From contig CAJPNP010000012.1 in the NCBI GenBank assembly GCA_905372025.1, positions 946 to 64,945 of the forward strand: DNA of 64,000 nucleotides, read 5' to 3'. Position 1 is the stretch's first letter, and every line of letters begins with the position of its first letter. The translations under genes and the position numbers were made by a program. Source of the stretch: an uncultured Treponema sp. (GTDB taxonomy: Bacteria > Spirochaetota > Spirochaetia > Treponematales > Treponemataceae). This document shows, one piece after another, positions 27,791-39,085 of this stretch. The notes beneath the pieces were generated by a model. That model saw only the letters and a list, made by a program, of their open reading frames with translations, did not search any database and was not told where the DNA came from.

Positions 27791-28495
27791 TTATCCGCCT
27801 AAATATGCTTTTTTTACCGATTCGTCTTTTATAAGCGAAGACGCTTCGGCGGTTTTTACGACGGATCCCGTTTCCAGAATATACGCTCTGTGCGCAATAT
27901 TCAAGGCCTTAAACGCGTTTTGCTCAACCAATAAAATCGTCGTGCCCTCGGCATTGATTTCTTTAATTATCGAAAAAATTTCATCGACCAAAATAGGGGC
28001 AAGCCCCATGGACGGTTCGTCGAGCAGGAGCAACTTGGGCTTCGACATAAGAGCGCGCCCCATAGCAAGCATTTGCTGCTCCCCGCCGGAAAGCGTGCCA
28101 CCCGTTTGACGGATGCGCTCCTTTAAGCGGGGAAAAAGCGTAAACACTTTTTCCATATCGCTTTTTATACCGCTGCGGTCTGTTCGCGTATAAGCGCCCA
28201 ACTCGAGGTTTTCGTGAACGCTCATGTTTGCAAAAATACGCCGGCCTTCCGGCACTTGGATAAGTCCTGTGCGGACTATGGAGTCGGGCGCGAGGCGGGT
28301 TATGTCCTGCCCCTCAAACATAACGGTTCCGCGTGTTTTTTTTACGATATTCGACAATGCGTGAAGCGTCGTCGTTTTTCCCGCTCCGTTCGAACCGATA
28401 AGGGAAATTATTTCGCCTTCATTCACTTCAAACGAAATGCCGTGCAAAGCTTCTATTGCGCCGTAATGTACGGTTAAATCTGTTACCTTAAGCAT
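27791..28495 (-). CDS. livF: Branched-chain amino acid ABC transporter ATP-binding protein
   Basis: GSNGAGKTT, VPEGRRIF, LSGGEQQMLAMGRALM, LLVEQNA. Confidence 0.93.
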   Translation of the reverse strand: MLKVTDLTVHYGAIEALHGISFEVNEGEIISLIGSNGAGKTTTLHALSNIVKKTRGTVMFEGQDITRLAPDSIVRTGLIQVPEGRRIFANMSVHENLELGAYTRTDRSGIKSDMEKVFTLFPRLKERIRQTGGTLSGGEQQMLAMGRALMSKPKLLLLDEPSMGLAPILVDEIFSIIKEINAEGTTILLVEQNAFKALNIAHRAYILETGSVVKTAEASSLIKDESVKKAYLGG

Positions 28496-29291
28496 CGGAA
28501 GCGGCCTCCCCGCCCAAATAAGCTTTTATAACCGCGGGATTTTTTTGAATGTCCGCAGGTTTCCCTTCGGCAATAATCCGGCCGTAATCGAGCACAATGA
28601 GCCGCTCGCAAATTCCCATAACCAAATTCATATCGTGTTCTATAAGCAAAATCGTAAGGCCGAATTCCTTGCGGATAAACGCGATAAGCTGCATAAGCTC
28701 GGCCGTTTCCTGCGGATTCATTCCGGCAGCCGGTTCGTCCAAAAGTAAAAGCAAAGGATTGGCTGCCAAAGCGCGGCAAATTTCAAGCTTGCGCTGTTCG
28801 CCGTACGGAAGATTTTTTGCAAGTTCGTCTTTTTTATCCGCCATTTTGAACAGCGACAAAAGAGAACCGGCCTTTTCCTTCATGTGCTGTTCGTCTTTGT
28901 AAAAGCGACCCGTGCGCAGCACCACGTCGAATGGGTTTACCTTGCGGCTCCCGTGCAGGGCAATGCGGATATTGTCTTCAGCGCTCAAATTGCCGAACAG
29001 GCGGATATTTTGAAAGGTGCGTGCAATGCCGATGCGGTTCAATTTATCGCTCGAAAGCTTTTCGACGCTGTGCACGCGCCGTTTTTTGTCCCAAAAGTCG
29101 ATGCTGCCTTCGGTAGGCATATATATGCCCGAAAGCATATTGAACACCGTTGTTTTTCCGGCGCCGTTCGGCCCGATTAAGCCGACCAGTTCGCCCTTAT
29201 TCAACATGCAGGAAAAATTGCTCACCGCGCGCAAACCGCCGAACACGATGGAAATATCGTTTACCTGCATGAGCAATGTGCTATTGTCCAT
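28488..29291 (-). CDS. livG: Branched-chain amino acid ABC transporter ATP-binding protein
   Basis: FGGLRAV, GPNGAGKTT, IARTFQNIRLF, LPYGEQRKLEI, DEPAAGMN. Confidence 0.93.
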   Translation of the reverse strand: MDNSTLLMQVNDISIVFGGLRAVSNFSCMLNKGELVGLIGPNGAGKTTVFNMLSGIYMPTEGSIDFWDKKRRVHSVEKLSSDKLNRIGIARTFQNIRLFGNLSAEDNIRIALHGSRKVNPFDVVLRTGRFYKDEQHMKEKAGSLLSLFKMADKKDELAKNLPYGEQRKLEICRALAANPLLLLLDEPAAGMNPQETAELMQLIAFIRKEFGLTILLIEHDMNLVMGICERLIVLDYGRIIAEGKPADIQKNPAVIKAYLGGEAASDA

Positions 29292-30315
29292 CGGAGGCCT
29301 CCGTTTTTGCGCGGTTTTTTAAGCTGCTGCGCGTCATAAGGCAAACCTTGTCCCACAGCGCAACAAAGGAAAGTTCTTTCATACCCAAAAGTCCCTGCGG
29401 CCGGAACAGCATAACAAAGATTAAAATCAAGGGATAAATAAGCAGCCGGAAGTCTTTTAGGAAGCGCAAAAATTCCTGCAAAAAAGTAAGCACAAAGGAG
29501 GCGATAACGGAACCGGTTAAAGAGCCCATACCGCCGAGAACGACAAAAATCAAGTAGTCGATGCTTCGGTTAAAGGATGCGAGGTCGGGTTTTATAAAGC
29601 CGATAAAGGGCGCATACAAAGCGCCGCCGATGCCAGCGATAAAAGAGGCGATCACAAAGCCGATCATTTTATAGCGGAATACGCCGATGCCGCTTGAAGA
29701 TGCGGCGATCTCGTCTTCGCGCACGGCAAGAATCGCCCTGCCGTAGGTTGAACGCAAAAAATTTTGCACTAAAGCGATAATCAATATTAAAGAGCCGATG
29801 ATAACCAGCCACGAAAGTTCGGGCGACAACGAAAGCAGTACCGCTGCCGGAGCGGTAAAACGCTTGCCGTTCGCGCCGCCGGTAATCTGTTTAAAATTGA
29901 TTAAAAATACGCGTATGATTTCGCCGAAGCCGAGCGTTACGATCGCAAGGTAGTCGCCCGTAAGCTTTAAAGTCGGAAAACCTATCAAAAAGCCGGCGAA
30001 GGCGGTTATAAGGCCTGCGGCAAAAATCGCGAGCGGCAAAGGAAAACCCGCCGTTTCGGTTAAGATAATAGCCGAATACGCTCCGATCGCCATAAAACCG
30101 GCTTGTCCGAGCGAAAGCTGACCGGTAATGCCGCACACGATGTTGACGCTGATCGCCATAACGGCATTGATGCCGCCGAGCGTGATGATCTGCGCCGTGT
30201 ACGCGTCGATAACGGAAAAATGTATTAAAACCGTCGGAAGCAATAAAAAAAACAAAGCAAAGGCCGCGGGTACGGCCGTATTTTTAAAAGAACGGACGCC
30301 TTTTGCCATAATCAC
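29281..30315 (-). CDS. livM: Branched-chain amino acid ABC transporter permease
   Basis: GQLSLGQAGFMAIGAY, LTGDYLAIVTLGFGEI, FRPQGLLG. Confidence 0.92.
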   Translation of the reverse strand: MIMAKGVRSFKNTAVPAAFALFFLLLPTVLIHFSVIDAYTAQIITLGGINAVMAISVNIVCGITGQLSLGQAGFMAIGAYSAIILTETAGFPLPLAIFAAGLITAFAGFLIGFPTLKLTGDYLAIVTLGFGEIIRVFLINFKQITGGANGKRFTAPAAVLLSLSPELSWLVIIGSLILIIALVQNFLRSTYGRAILAVREDEIAASSSGIGVFRYKMIGFVIASFIAGIGGALYAPFIGFIKPDLASFNRSIDYLIFVVLGGMGSLTGSVIASFVLTFLQEFLRFLKDFRLLIYPLILIFVMLFRPQGLLGMKELSFVALWDKVCLMTRSSLKNRAKTEASDGQ

Positions 30316-31211
30316 ACCTTTTCACGCTTTGTACTGCCCATAAGGCCTGTCGGCTTAACCAGCAGTATGATAATTAAAATTGCAAACGATATGGCATCGG
30401 CAAATTGGGAAGATAAAAAGCCCTTTGTAAACGTTTCGGCAATGCCGAGGATATAACCGCCGAGCATGGCGCCCGGAACCGATCCGATGCCGCCCAAAAC
30501 CGCGGCCACAAAGGCTTTTAAGCCCGGCATGGTTCCCATAACCGGCTCAACTTGCGGGTAGGCGGTCGCATACAAAATACCGCCGGCTGCAGCAAGAACG
30601 GCGCCGAGCGCAAAGGTAAACGCAATCGTTTTATCGACCGAAATTCCCATAAGGCTTGCCGCCTGCATGTCGAACGATACCGCACGCATTGCCTTTCCCG
30701 TTTTTGTTTTGTTGATAATATAATTGAGCACAATCATCAAAAAAGCGGATAAAAGAATAACGATGAGGTCGATATTCGAAACGGAAATCGATCCTATATC
30801 GATGTTGACGGTTTGCGGCGTCGGGTACTGGCGGGGTTCGGGTCCCATAAAAGGAAGAACGCGCGCACCGTTTTGCAAAATCAGCGAAACGGCGATCGCC
30901 GTAATCAGCGAATTAAGACGGGGCGCACTTCTCAGCGGACGGTACGCAAAGCGTTCTATTAAAACGGCGATTAAAGCGCACATCGCCATAGCGAAAATAA
31001 AAGCAATCAACAAGAATACGGGAGTTGCGCCCCACGACGCCAAAATAAAGAAGCCGCAATATGCCCCGACCATAAGAACATCGCCGTGCGCAAAGTTAAT
31101 CAACTTTACGATACCGTAGACCATCGTATAGCCTAAGGCGATAAGGGCATACATGCTGCCAAGCGACAAACCGTTGACAAGCTGCCGAATAATCATATTG
31201 CCGACTTCCAT
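30312..31211 (-). CDS. livH: Branched-chain amino acid ABC transporter permease
   Basis: NGLSLGSMYALIALGYTMVYG...INFAHGD, GLKAFVAAVLGGIGS. Confidence 0.93.
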   Translation of the reverse strand: MEVGNMIIRQLVNGLSLGSMYALIALGYTMVYGIVKLINFAHGDVLMVGAYCGFFILASWGATPVFLLIAFIFAMAMCALIAVLIERFAYRPLRSAPRLNSLITAIAVSLILQNGARVLPFMGPEPRQYPTPQTVNIDIGSISVSNIDLIVILLSAFLMIVLNYIINKTKTGKAMRAVSFDMQAASLMGISVDKTIAFTFALGAVLAAAGGILYATAYPQVEPVMGTMPGLKAFVAAVLGGIGSVPGAMLGGYILGIAETFTKGFLSSQFADAISFAILIIILLVKPTGLMGSTKREKV

Positions 31212-31249
31212 AGCTACTCCCTCACTCCTGCACCGATAAATAAATCTTT

Positions 31250-32392
31250 TTAGGGATTGACGGTCGCTTTATACACCGGAGCGATTTTGCCGTCTTTTTT
31301 AACGATTTCCATCATAACGGCCGATTTAATCGGGTTGCGGTTTGCGTCGAAGGTCAAATTGCCGGTTACATAGGTACCGTTTGTCTTTGCAAGCGCGTCG
31401 CGCAAAGCGGTCGAATTCGTCGTCGTACCGGCTTTTTCGGCGGCGTCTTTCAACAAATAGACGCAATCGTACGCCAGCGCCGCAAAAGAAGTCGGGTTCG
31501 CATGATAGCGCGCAGTATAAGCCGCAACGAATTTGCGTACAAGCGGTTCGGTTGAATCTCCCGCATAGTGGTCCGAATAAAAGCCCTTAAGAATTTCATC
31601 GCCCGCATTATCGACAAGACCGCCCCAGCCGTCGCCGCCGACGATTTCCGTATTTATGCCCTGAGAACGCAGCTGTTTTGCGATAAGCGAAACAACTCCG
31701 TAGTAATCGGGCAAATACACGACATCAGGGTTTGCACTTTTAATCTTCGTCAACTGAGCCCTAAAGTTTTTATCGCCGGTGCCGTACGATTCGGCGGCAA
31801 CAATAGTTCCGCCCGCTTTTTCAAAAGCGATTTTAAAGTTTTCATATAAACCGACCGAATAATCGTTCGCCACGTCGTACAAAACGGCAGCGCGTTTTTT
31901 GCCCAAATTCTGTGCGGCAAAGCGGCCGCCGACCGTTCCCTGAAACGGGTCGATAAAACACGCACGGAACACAAAGTCGCCCGCGCTCGTTATGCTCGGA
32001 AGCGTCGCCGCGGGAGCAAGCAAAACCACCTTTTGCGCTTGCGCCAAAGAAGTAATGGCGGCTGTTGCTCCGGACGTAAGGGAACCGATTATAACCTTTA
32101 CCTTATCTTTTGTAACCAATTTTTTATACGCGTTGACCGTTTTTTCGGGGTTGCCTTCGTCGTCTTCCGAAATAAGCACAACCTGTTTGCCGCCAATACC
32201 GCCTGCGGCGTTTATTTCGGCAATGGCAAGTTCTATACCGTTGCGCGCTTCAATACCGTATACGGCAACCGGTCCCGAAAGGGGAAAAATTCCGCCGATC
32301 GCAAAGGTGTCGGCCTTTTTTGCGCCGCAAAAAAACAAGAGCGCCGCAAGACACAGCAGAGCGCCGGCAGCAGCTTTTAATTTCGTTTTCAT
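31250..32392 (-). CDS. Branched-chain amino acid ABC transporter substrate-binding protein (LivK/LivJ family)
   Basis: PLSGPVAVYG...INAAGGIGGK...EDDEGNP; FRACFIDPFQG; signal peptide; ATG at 32392 with GGAGG SD. Confidence 0.9.
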   Translation of the reverse strand: MKTKLKAAAGALLCLAALLFFCGAKKADTFAIGGIFPLSGPVAVYGIEARNGIELAIAEINAAGGIGGKQVVLISEDDEGNPEKTVNAYKKLVTKDKVKVIIGSLTSGATAAITSLAQAQKVVLLAPAATLPSITSAGDFVFRACFIDPFQGTVGGRFAAQNLGKKRAAVLYDVANDYSVGLYENFKIAFEKAGGTIVAAESYGTGDKNFRAQLTKIKSANPDVVYLPDYYGVVSLIAKQLRSQGINTEIVGGDGWGGLVDNAGDEILKGFYSDHYAGDSTEPLVRKFVAAYTARYHANPTSFAALAYDCVYLLKDAAEKAGTTTNSTALRDALAKTNGTYVTGNLTFDANRNPIKSAVMMEIVKKDGKIAPVYKATVNP

Positions 32393-32578
32393 ACTAAACC
32401 TCCATAATCTCCGCAATTTACAAGAACATGTAAATAAGAATTTTATTATACAAATAAAAAAACGCCATGTCTATAGTTAAACTGTAGTTATACTGAAGTT
32501 TTTTACGTATACTAAAAACCCGTAGATGCCGGCAGTCGATTCCACGATCGGTTTCTCCGCCGATTCTGCTGCGGCCGC

Positions 32579-32626
32579 AAAAAAAAGAGAGGCACCGAGA
32601 ACTTTCATTCCCGTTCCTCTCTTTTT
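32579..32626 (-). terminator. Intrinsic terminator of the ribosomal superoperon
   Basis: AAAAAGAGAGG...CCTCTCTTTTT inverted repeat with a U-tract on the minus strand. Confidence 0.6.
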
Positions 32627-32649
32627 CACGCCCGGCAGAATGTACCGAT

Positions 32650-32832
32650 TTATATAACCGCGCTTTTGCCGTTTTTAATGGCGGCATTGCAGAATTTGCA
32701 CACGGCAATTTTCTGCCCTTCAACTTCGTGTTCGTACAGCGTTTTTATATTTTCTTTTTTACAGCGTCCGCAAACGCCGCGTCCGTGATTCGCTAAAGAG
32801 CGGATGCCTTTGCCGCGATGTGATTTCGACAT
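32650..32832 (-). CDS. Small basic protein with CxxC...CxxC (60 aa)
   Basis: GGAGG SD; MSKSHRGKGIRSLANHGRGVCGRCKKENIKTLYEHEVEGQKIAVCKFCNAAIK; last gene before the terminator. Confidence 0.75.
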   Translation of the reverse strand: MSKSHRGKGIRSLANHGRGVCGRCKKENIKTLYEHEVEGQKIAVCKFCNAAIKNGKSAVI

Positions 32833-32918
32833 AATTCCTCCATAAATGTGCGGGTTTGCAAGACAAACCCGGAATAAAAAGCAGCGGCACCGCATAGAGC
32901 GGTTCCCGCGCGCCGGCG

Positions 32919-33548
32919 TCAGTCGGCTTTTTTCTCGACGCTTTTCGGAGAAGCATCACCCGAAGCGGCTTTTCCGGCAGTCTTTTTTGCACCGGCTTTA
33001 GGCTTCTCCGCTTTTGCGGCTTTAGGTTTATCCGTTTTAGCGGCAGCTTTTTCCTCAGGTGCTTTCGCCTTGCCCGAAGCCGAATCTTTTGCCGTCTTGG
33101 CTTTCGGCTTTGCATCGGCCTTAGCCTTGGGTGCGGCTTTGGCACTTTTTTCGTCTTTTTTTGCGTCTTTATCTTTTGAAGAGGTGTCGAGTTTGTAATC
33201 CACCAATTCAAGAATGACCAAGTCCGCCGCATCGCCCTGGCGGAAACCCAACTTTAAAATACGGGTGTAGCCGCCGTTGCGTTCTTTCATGCGCGGTCCG
33301 ATATCGGTAAACAATTTTGCCAAAATTACTTCGTCGGCGATAAAGCGCGCCGCTTGACGGCGGTTATGAACGCTGTCGATTTTGCTTCGCGTAATAAGTT
33401 TTTCCGCAGCTTTACGCACTTCAAGCGCCTTAGCCTTTGTCGTCGTGATCCGCTCGTATCTGAACAGCGACGTTACCATGTTCCGCGACATTGCCCGGCG
33501 GTGAGACGCCGTGCGGGAAAGGGGATTAAATCCGTTTTTATGATTCAT
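32919..33548 (-). CDS. rplQ: 50S ribosomal protein L17 with Lys/Ala-rich C-terminal extension
   Basis: [11 protein letters not shown]...[10 protein letters not shown]...[19 protein letters not shown]. Confidence 0.97.
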   Translation of the reverse strand: MNHKNGFNPLSRTASHRRAMSRNMVTSLFRYERITTTKAKALEVRKAAEKLITRSKIDSVHNRRQAARFIADEVILAKLFTDIGPRMKERNGGYTRILKLGFRQGDAADLVILELVDYKLDTSSKDKDAKKDEKSAKAAPKAKADAKPKAKTAKDSASGKAKAPEEKAAAKTDKPKAAKAEKPKAGAKKTAGKAASGDASPKSVEKKAD

Positions 33549-34593
33549 CTGATTCTTCCTTTTTCTTCGTTAAATTTACCGCATTTTTCAGATGACTGTA
33601 ATCCGTCATACCGAGATTAAGGTTCCATTCAAGGAGTTTATCCTTGATTTCGGACAAACTTTTTTTGCCGAAGTTGCGGGTTTTGGCAATATCGTCTTCC
33701 GTCTTTTTCGTCAGTTCGCCGATTGTATGGATGTTGGCATTTTTCAGACAGTTCGAAGAGCGCACCGAAAGTTCGAGTTCTTCAACCGGCGTGTTCAAAA
33801 GCTGTTTGATTCTCTCGTCGCCTTCGTCGATTTCGTCGCCGCGTCCGATTTCGCTGTCGTTAAAATTGATAAAAATCGAAAAATGATCTTTTGCAATTTT
33901 CGCGGCTTCGGCAAGGGCGTCTTCGGGACTGATGCTGCCGTCCGTCCATATTTCCATAACGAGCTTATCGTAATCGTTGCGCTGACCGACGCGGCAGGGC
34001 TCGATTGCGTATTTTACCTTCGATATGGGCGTAAAGATCGCATCCATCGGAATGGTTCCGACCACTTCTATGTAGCGCTCGTTTTCTTCGGCGGGAACAT
34101 AGCCGCGTCCCAAATCGACTTGAATTTCGAATTCGAGGTGGGCATTGTCCATCATCGTAAAAACATGCACGCCCTTCGACATCACTTGAAGCTGGGGAGC
34201 GCGTTCGAACATATCGCCGGAAACTTTTCCCGGCCCTTTAAATTCAAATAAAAACGTTTCCTGTTCCGTATCGCCGTCAAGCTTTAAACGGATTTGCTTC
34301 AGGTTATTCAGTACTTCCAGCGCATCTTCAACCACATCGGGAATGCTTTCGAATTCGCTGGAAATAACGTGGGGAACGCCGTCGGTATCATACGACGTGA
34401 TACGGACCGACGTAACCGCATATCCTTGAATACTGGAAAGCAGCACCCGGCGCAGCGTATTTCCGACCGTAGTACCGAAACCGGGCTCGAAGGGATAAGC
34501 GATAAACTTTCCGTAGTTCGGATTCGTTTCAATATGCTCAAATGTAATCCCTTTCGGTGTTTTAAATCCCTGCAACAGATTTTTACGGGCCAT
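33538..34593 (-). CDS. rpoA: RNA polymerase alpha subunit
   Basis: [21 protein letters not shown]; alpha-[16 protein letters not shown]...RNFGKKSL. Confidence 0.98.
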   Translation of the reverse strand: MARKNLLQGFKTPKGITFEHIETNPNYGKFIAYPFEPGFGTTVGNTLRRVLLSSIQGYAVTSVRITSYDTDGVPHVISSEFESIPDVVEDALEVLNNLKQIRLKLDGDTEQETFLFEFKGPGKVSGDMFERAPQLQVMSKGVHVFTMMDNAHLEFEIQVDLGRGYVPAEENERYIEVVGTIPMDAIFTPISKVKYAIEPCRVGQRNDYDKLVMEIWTDGSISPEDALAEAAKIAKDHFSIFINFNDSEIGRGDEIDEGDERIKQLLNTPVEELELSVRSSNCLKNANIHTIGELTKKTEDDIAKTRNFGKKSLSEIKDKLLEWNLNLGMTDYSHLKNAVNLTKKKEESDES

Positions 34594-34732
34594 CGGGACT
34601 CCTTATCGTTTCGAATAAAGCGCGATTACGGATCGCTTTTGCAAGCAAAATCCGTTACATCGGCTCGCTGCGGCTTCGGCCGAAACCGTGCGCCGCATCG
34701 CATTTATATAGTAAACCGGAAAAATTTTCCGA

Positions 34733-35113
34733 TTACATACGGCGTGTTTTGCGCGGGCGGCAGCCGTTATGGGGAATCGGCGTAACATCGCTGATGGATT
34801 TTACTTTTAAGCCGAGGGCACCCAAAGAACGGACGGCAGATTCTCTGCCGACGCCCGGACCTTTTACAAAAACGTGAACTTCGCGCAAGCCGTAGCTTAC
34901 CGCCCTTTGTACGGCGGTTTCGGCTACCGTTTGAGCGGCAAAGGGCGTCGATTTTTTTGCGCCCCTAAAGCCCAATCCGCCGGAAGAAGCCCACGAAAGC
35001 GCGTTTCCCTGCAAATCGGTAATGGTAATAATCGTGTTGTTAAACGTCGCTTGAATATAGACATTACCTTCGTATACGGTCTTTTTTTCTTTCCGTTTTT
35101 TTACAGTCGCCAT
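34733..35113 (-). CDS. rpsK: 30S ribosomal protein S11
   Basis: [13 protein letters not shown]...KKSTPFAAQ...[12 protein letters not shown]. Confidence 0.98.
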   Translation of the reverse strand: MATVKKRKEKKTVYEGNVYIQATFNNTIITITDLQGNALSWASSGGLGFRGAKKSTPFAAQTVAETAVQRAVSYGLREVHVFVKGPGVGRESAVRSLGALGLKVKSISDVTPIPHNGCRPRKTRRM

Positions 35114-35129
35114 TTATACTGCCTCCACC

Positions 35130-35495
35130 TTATTTCTTCTTGCCGGCAACGGTCTTTTTCTTACCTTTGCGGGTACGTGCGTTTGTGCGGGTGCGCTGTC
35201 CGCGGACAGGAAGCCCTTTTCTGTGCCGAAGGCCGCGATAGCAGCCGATATCCATAAGGCGTTTAATATTCAATCCGATTTCGGAGCGCAAACGTCCTTC
35301 GACCTTGTATTCACCGTCGATGAGCGTACGCAAAGCCGCAACTTCGTCCTGAGAAAGATCGTTCATCATGCGTTCCGGATCTATTTTCGTTTTCGTACAG
35401 ATTTCGGCAGCCGAAGAACGTCCGATTCCGTAAATATACGTCAATGCAATATTGACATGTTTATTAGGGAGGTCAACTCCCGCAATTCGAGCCAT
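35130..35495 (-). CDS. rpsM: 30S ribosomal protein S13
   Basis: [10 protein letters not shown]...[26 protein letters not shown]. Confidence 0.98.
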   Translation of the reverse strand: MARIAGVDLPNKHVNIALTYIYGIGRSSAAEICTKTKIDPERMMNDLSQDEVAALRTLIDGEYKVEGRLRSEIGLNIKRLMDIGCYRGLRHRKGLPVRGQRTRTNARTRKGKKKTVAGKKK

Positions 35496-35512
35496 TCAAC
35501 TACTCCTTGGGC

Positions 35513-35626
35513 TCAGCCCTGGCGCTGTTTATGCTTAGGGTTGGAACAAATAATCCGGACAACGCCGGCTCTTTTGATTACCTTGCATTTGTCGCAAATA
35601 GGCTTTACACTTGTTCGTACTTTCAT
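35513..35626 (-). CDS. rpmJ: 50S ribosomal protein L36
   Basis: Below the ORF-track cutoff; manual translation [37 protein letters not shown]. Confidence 0.97.
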   Translation of the reverse strand: MKVRTSVKPICDKCKVIKRAGVVRIICSNPKHKQRQG

Positions 35627-35655
35627 AGTAACTCCTGTTTTAACTAAACGCTGTG

Positions 35656-36978
35656 CTACAGATTGCGCGAGCGCAGTCTTCCTTTTTTTACCAAACCGTC
35701 ATGGTGGTGCATTTTGAGCAGCGCTTCAATTTGGCTCATTGTATCCAAATCGACACCGACTAAAATCAAAAGCGAAGTACCGCCCATAAGCATGGAAATA
35801 CTTTGCGGAAAGCCGAACGCGTTTTGAATAACGGTCGGAATAACCGCAATAATCGCAAGGTACAAAGAACCGGGCAGCACAAGCCGATTCAAAACCTTTT
35901 GCATATATTCTTCCGTTTTGTCCGTTCTGATGCCGGGAATCGAACCGCCGTTTTCCCGAATATTTTTTGCGATTTCGGTGGGGTTTAAAGTTACCTGTGT
36001 ATAAAAATACGCAAAAAATATAATCAAAAGCACAAGCAAAACATTATACAGCAAACCTGCAGGCGAAAGCACGGCCGCAACCCTGCTCAGCCAGCGCACG
36101 TTCGGCCCCAAACTGGAAGCAATCTGCAAGGGGAACGTTAAAAACGAAGAAGCAAAGATGATCGGAATAACGCCCGACGGATTGATTTTAAAAGGAATGT
36201 ACATGCTTTGGCCGCCGTACATTTTGCGGCCGATAACGCGCTTTGCATAGTGAACGGGGATTTTGCGCTCGCCCTGCTGTTCGTACACGACAAAGGCGAT
36301 AATGGCGACAAACATCACGAGCACGACAACGCTTTTTACAAGCATTTGGCTGCCCTGCTCATTTATGAGTTTTCCCAATTCATACACGGCCGAAGGAAGA
36401 CGGGCAACGATACCGGCAAAGATAATCATCGAGATTCCGTTGCCGATTCCGCGTTCCGTTATTTGTTCACCCAGCCAAATCGTTATCATGGTACCCGTAG
36501 TAACGGTCAAAACGAAAAGCATTCTGAACAAAACGCCGTTCGAAATAACAACGGCGCCGGGAACGTAATACGCGTAAGCCGTAAGAGCCGAAGCCTGCAA
36601 AATACACACGAATACCGTGCCGATTCTCGTCCATGCCTGAAACTTTTTTTGACCGCCGTCTTCCTGTACAATCCGTTTTAAGCTCGGAAAAATAATCAGC
36701 GCAAGCTGCATGATAATCTGAGTCGAAATGTAGGGCATAACGCCGAGCATAAATACCGAAAAGTTTGAAAAAGCGCCGCCGGCAAAAAAGTCCATATAAT
36801 CCACAAAGGGATTGCCCTTCGTCAGCGAAGAAAAATACGCCGTCAACGCATGAGGGCTAATTCCCGGTACGGTCAGTACGCTGCCGAGTCTGAAAACGGC
36901 AAGAATTATTACGGTAAAAAAGACGCGGTCGCGCAGTTCCTTTACCCTAAACATATTGACAATAGGATTATTCGCCAT
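35656..36978 (-). CDS. secY: Preprotein translocase subunit SecY
   Basis: [56 protein letters not shown]. Confidence 0.98.
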   Translation of the reverse strand: MANNPIVNMFRVKELRDRVFFTVIILAVFRLGSVLTVPGISPHALTAYFSSLTKGNPFVDYMDFFAGGAFSNFSVFMLGVMPYISTQIIMQLALIIFPSLKRIVQEDGGQKKFQAWTRIGTVFVCILQASALTAYAYYVPGAVVISNGVLFRMLFVLTVTTGTMITIWLGEQITERGIGNGISMIIFAGIVARLPSAVYELGKLINEQGSQMLVKSVVVLVMFVAIIAFVVYEQQGERKIPVHYAKRVIGRKMYGGQSMYIPFKINPSGVIPIIFASSFLTFPLQIASSLGPNVRWLSRVAAVLSPAGLLYNVLLVLLIIFFAYFYTQVTLNPTEIAKNIRENGGSIPGIRTDKTEEYMQKVLNRLVLPGSLYLAIIAVIPTVIQNAFGFPQSISMLMGGTSLLILVGVDLDTMSQIEALLKMHHHDGLVKKGRLRSRNL

Positions 36979-36993
36979 AATACACCCGCCGGA

Positions 36994-37449
36994 TTACTCG
37001 CCGGAAACGGAAACGCTTCCGCCGGCTTTTTCTATTTTTTCTTTTGCTCCCGCGGAAACCTTATCCGCGCAAACAGTCAGCTTTTTATCGACATCGCCGT
37101 TTCCGAGAATTTTCACCAAAAGCGCCGATTTTTTCAAAAGACCTTTTTCGATGAGCGATTCGCGATTAACGGTATCGCCTTCGGCAAATTTCGCGGCGAT
37201 AAGCTCAAGGTTTACGACCGCATATTCTTTGCGGTACGGATAATTCGAAAAACCGCGGCGCGCGATGCGGCGGTACAGCGGCATTTGACCGCCTTCAAAA
37301 CCGACATAGGTTTTTCCGCCGGAACGGGATTGTTGTCCCTTATTGCCGCGGCCGGCAGTCGTTCCTCTTCCGGAAGACGAGCCTCGGCCGACGATGCGCT
37401 TTTTTTTGTTCGCACCCTGAGGCGCGGAAAGAACTAATTCAGACATCAT
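36994..37449 (-). CDS. rplO: 50S ribosomal protein L15
   Basis: GRGSSSGRGTTAGRGNKGQQSRSG...FEGGQMPLYRR. Confidence 0.98.
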   Translation of the reverse strand: MMSELVLSAPQGANKKKRIVGRGSSSGRGTTAGRGNKGQQSRSGGKTYVGFEGGQMPLYRRIARRGFSNYPYRKEYAVVNLELIAAKFAEGDTVNRESLIEKGLLKKSALLVKILGNGDVDKKLTVCADKVSAGAKEKIEKAGGSVSVSGE

Positions 37450-37634
37450 ATCTCCTCAACTTTTACCAAATGAGAAACGGATGCAACCATGCCTAAAACG
37501 GACGGGGTCGGTTCCTGCTCCACAAAAGAGTCGATCTTCTTTAATCCCAAACAACGGACGGTCGCCCGCTTTGCGGGTTTTTGCCCGATCGTGCTTTTTA
37601 CAAGCGTTATTTTAATTTTTTTCGCTTTAGCCAT
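37446..37634 (-). CDS. rpmD: 50S ribosomal protein L30
   Basis: KIKITLVKSTIG...ATVRCLGLKK...VSHLVKVE; synteny. Confidence 0.96.
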   Translation of the reverse strand: MAKAKKIKITLVKSTIGQKPAKRATVRCLGLKKIDSFVEQEPTPSVLGMVASVSHLVKVEEI

Positions 37635-37637
37635 TGT

Positions 37638-38150
37638 TTAACCCCACATATCCTTTAAATGTTTGCCCCGGTTTTTTGCAACCGTTGCGGCATCCATAAG
37701 GTTTTCAACCGCTTTAAAGGTCGCGCGCACTACGTTAACCGACGCGTTCGAACCGAGCGATTTGGACATAACATCGGTAGCGCCGGCCGCTTCCATAATA
37801 GCGCGCACCGGACCGCCGGCTATAATACCTGTTCCCGAACAGGCGGGAATCAAAAGTACGGAAGAGCCTTTAAACTTTGCGGCACTTTCGTGCGGCAAGG
37901 TTCCGTGCCGCAGCGGCACCGTAATCATATTGCGCTTGGCCTTATCGATACTCTTTTTAATCGCTTCGGTAACGTCGTTCGCTTTGCCGAACCCGTAGCC
38001 GACGCGGCCCTTTTGATCGCCGACAACCGTCAACGCGGAAAAGGAAAAGCGGCGGCCGCCCTTTACGACTTTGGCGGTACGGTTCAGTTTTACAAGTTTT
38101 TCAACAAATTCTTTTTGCTGATCTCTATCATGATTTCTCTGGTGTTCCAT
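37638..38150 (-). CDS. rpsE: 30S ribosomal protein S5
   Basis: [23 protein letters not shown]...[12 protein letters not shown]. Confidence 0.98.
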   Translation of the reverse strand: MEHQRNHDRDQQKEFVEKLVKLNRTAKVVKGGRRFSFSALTVVGDQKGRVGYGFGKANDVTEAIKKSIDKAKRNMITVPLRHGTLPHESAAKFKGSSVLLIPACSGTGIIAGGPVRAIMEAAGATDVMSKSLGSNASVNVVRATFKAVENLMDAATVAKNRGKHLKDMWG

Positions 38151-38158
38151 AGCTTCTC

Positions 38159-38521
38159 CTAGAATACGATTCCGGCTTTGCGGGCGCCGTCGGCAATGGC
38201 TTTTACTACGCCATGGTAGAGGTAACCGTTACGGTCGAACACAACCGTCGTAATTTTCTTTTCGGAAAGACGCTTACCCATCGCTTCGCCGATGGTTTCG
38301 CCGCCCTTGATATTGGGTTTAAGCGATGCGAAATCTTTTTCCAATGTGGAAACGGACGCAAGCGTTTTGCCTTCGTCGTCGTCGATAACCTGTACGTACA
38401 AATTGCAATTACTTTTCGTAACGGTCATACGGGGACGATCTGCCGTTCCGCGCAGGTGTTTCCGAATATGAATTTTCCTTTTTAAGCGTTTCCGATTTTT
38501 ATCGTTTAATTTCTTAATCAT
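38159..38521 (-). CDS. rplR: 50S ribosomal protein L18
   Basis: GTADRPRM...[25 protein letters not shown]. Confidence 0.97.
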   Translation of the reverse strand: MIKKLNDKNRKRLKRKIHIRKHLRGTADRPRMTVTKSNCNLYVQVIDDDEGKTLASVSTLEKDFASLKPNIKGGETIGEAMGKRLSEKKITTVVFDRNGYLYHGVVKAIADGARKAGIVF

Positions 38522-38532
38522 AGCAAACACCC

Positions 38533-39072
38533 TTATTTTACGCCGGCCTTACCGACTTTGCGTTTAATGGTTTCGGTTTCGTAGCGCACGCCCTTGCCCT
38601 TGTACGGCTCCGGTTTGCGCAAACGGCGCAGCTGCGAAGCAAACTCGCCCACAAGCTGTTTATTGATACCCGTTATGCTGATCTTTCCCTGAGCGTCCGC
38701 CGTAACGGTTAAACCTTCCGGAATAACCGCAATAAAATCGGTGGAATACCCGAGATTCATAATCAGCATCTTTCCCTGTACTTCGGCGCGGAAACCGACA
38801 CCGTTTATGATAAGGCTTTTTGTAAAGCCGTCGGTTACGCCGATCACCATATTCCGTATAAGGCTGCGGTACAAACCGTGAGCGGCACGCGCGTTTTTCG
38901 TATCGTTCATTCTCGTAACAACCGCTTTACCCTCTTCAATATCGATTTTTACCAAATCGTTGTAATCCTGGGTAAGCTTTCCCTTGGGGCCTTCAACGGT
39001 AATAAGGTTACCGCCGGCCGTTAATTTTACTCCCGCCGGAATGGCTACGGGAAGTTTTCCTATTCTCGACAT
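38533..39072 (-). CDS. rplF: 50S ribosomal protein L6
   Basis: MSRIGKLPV...[13 protein letters not shown]. Confidence 0.98.
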   Translation of the reverse strand: MSRIGKLPVAIPAGVKLTAGGNLITVEGPKGKLTQDYNDLVKIDIEEGKAVVTRMNDTKNARAAHGLYRSLIRNMVIGVTDGFTKSLIINGVGFRAEVQGKMLIMNLGYSTDFIAVIPEGLTVTADAQGKISITGINKQLVGEFASQLRRLRKPEPYKGKGVRYETETIKRKVGKAGVK

Positions 39073-39085
39073 ACTTCCTTTCTCC

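Noticed and set aside
34594..34732. Missing rpsD between rpsK and rpoA, no adk/map/infA after secY, no fusA before tuf
   Set aside because: Consistent with the usual treponemal gene order; the 34603..34788 ORF has no S4 similarity.
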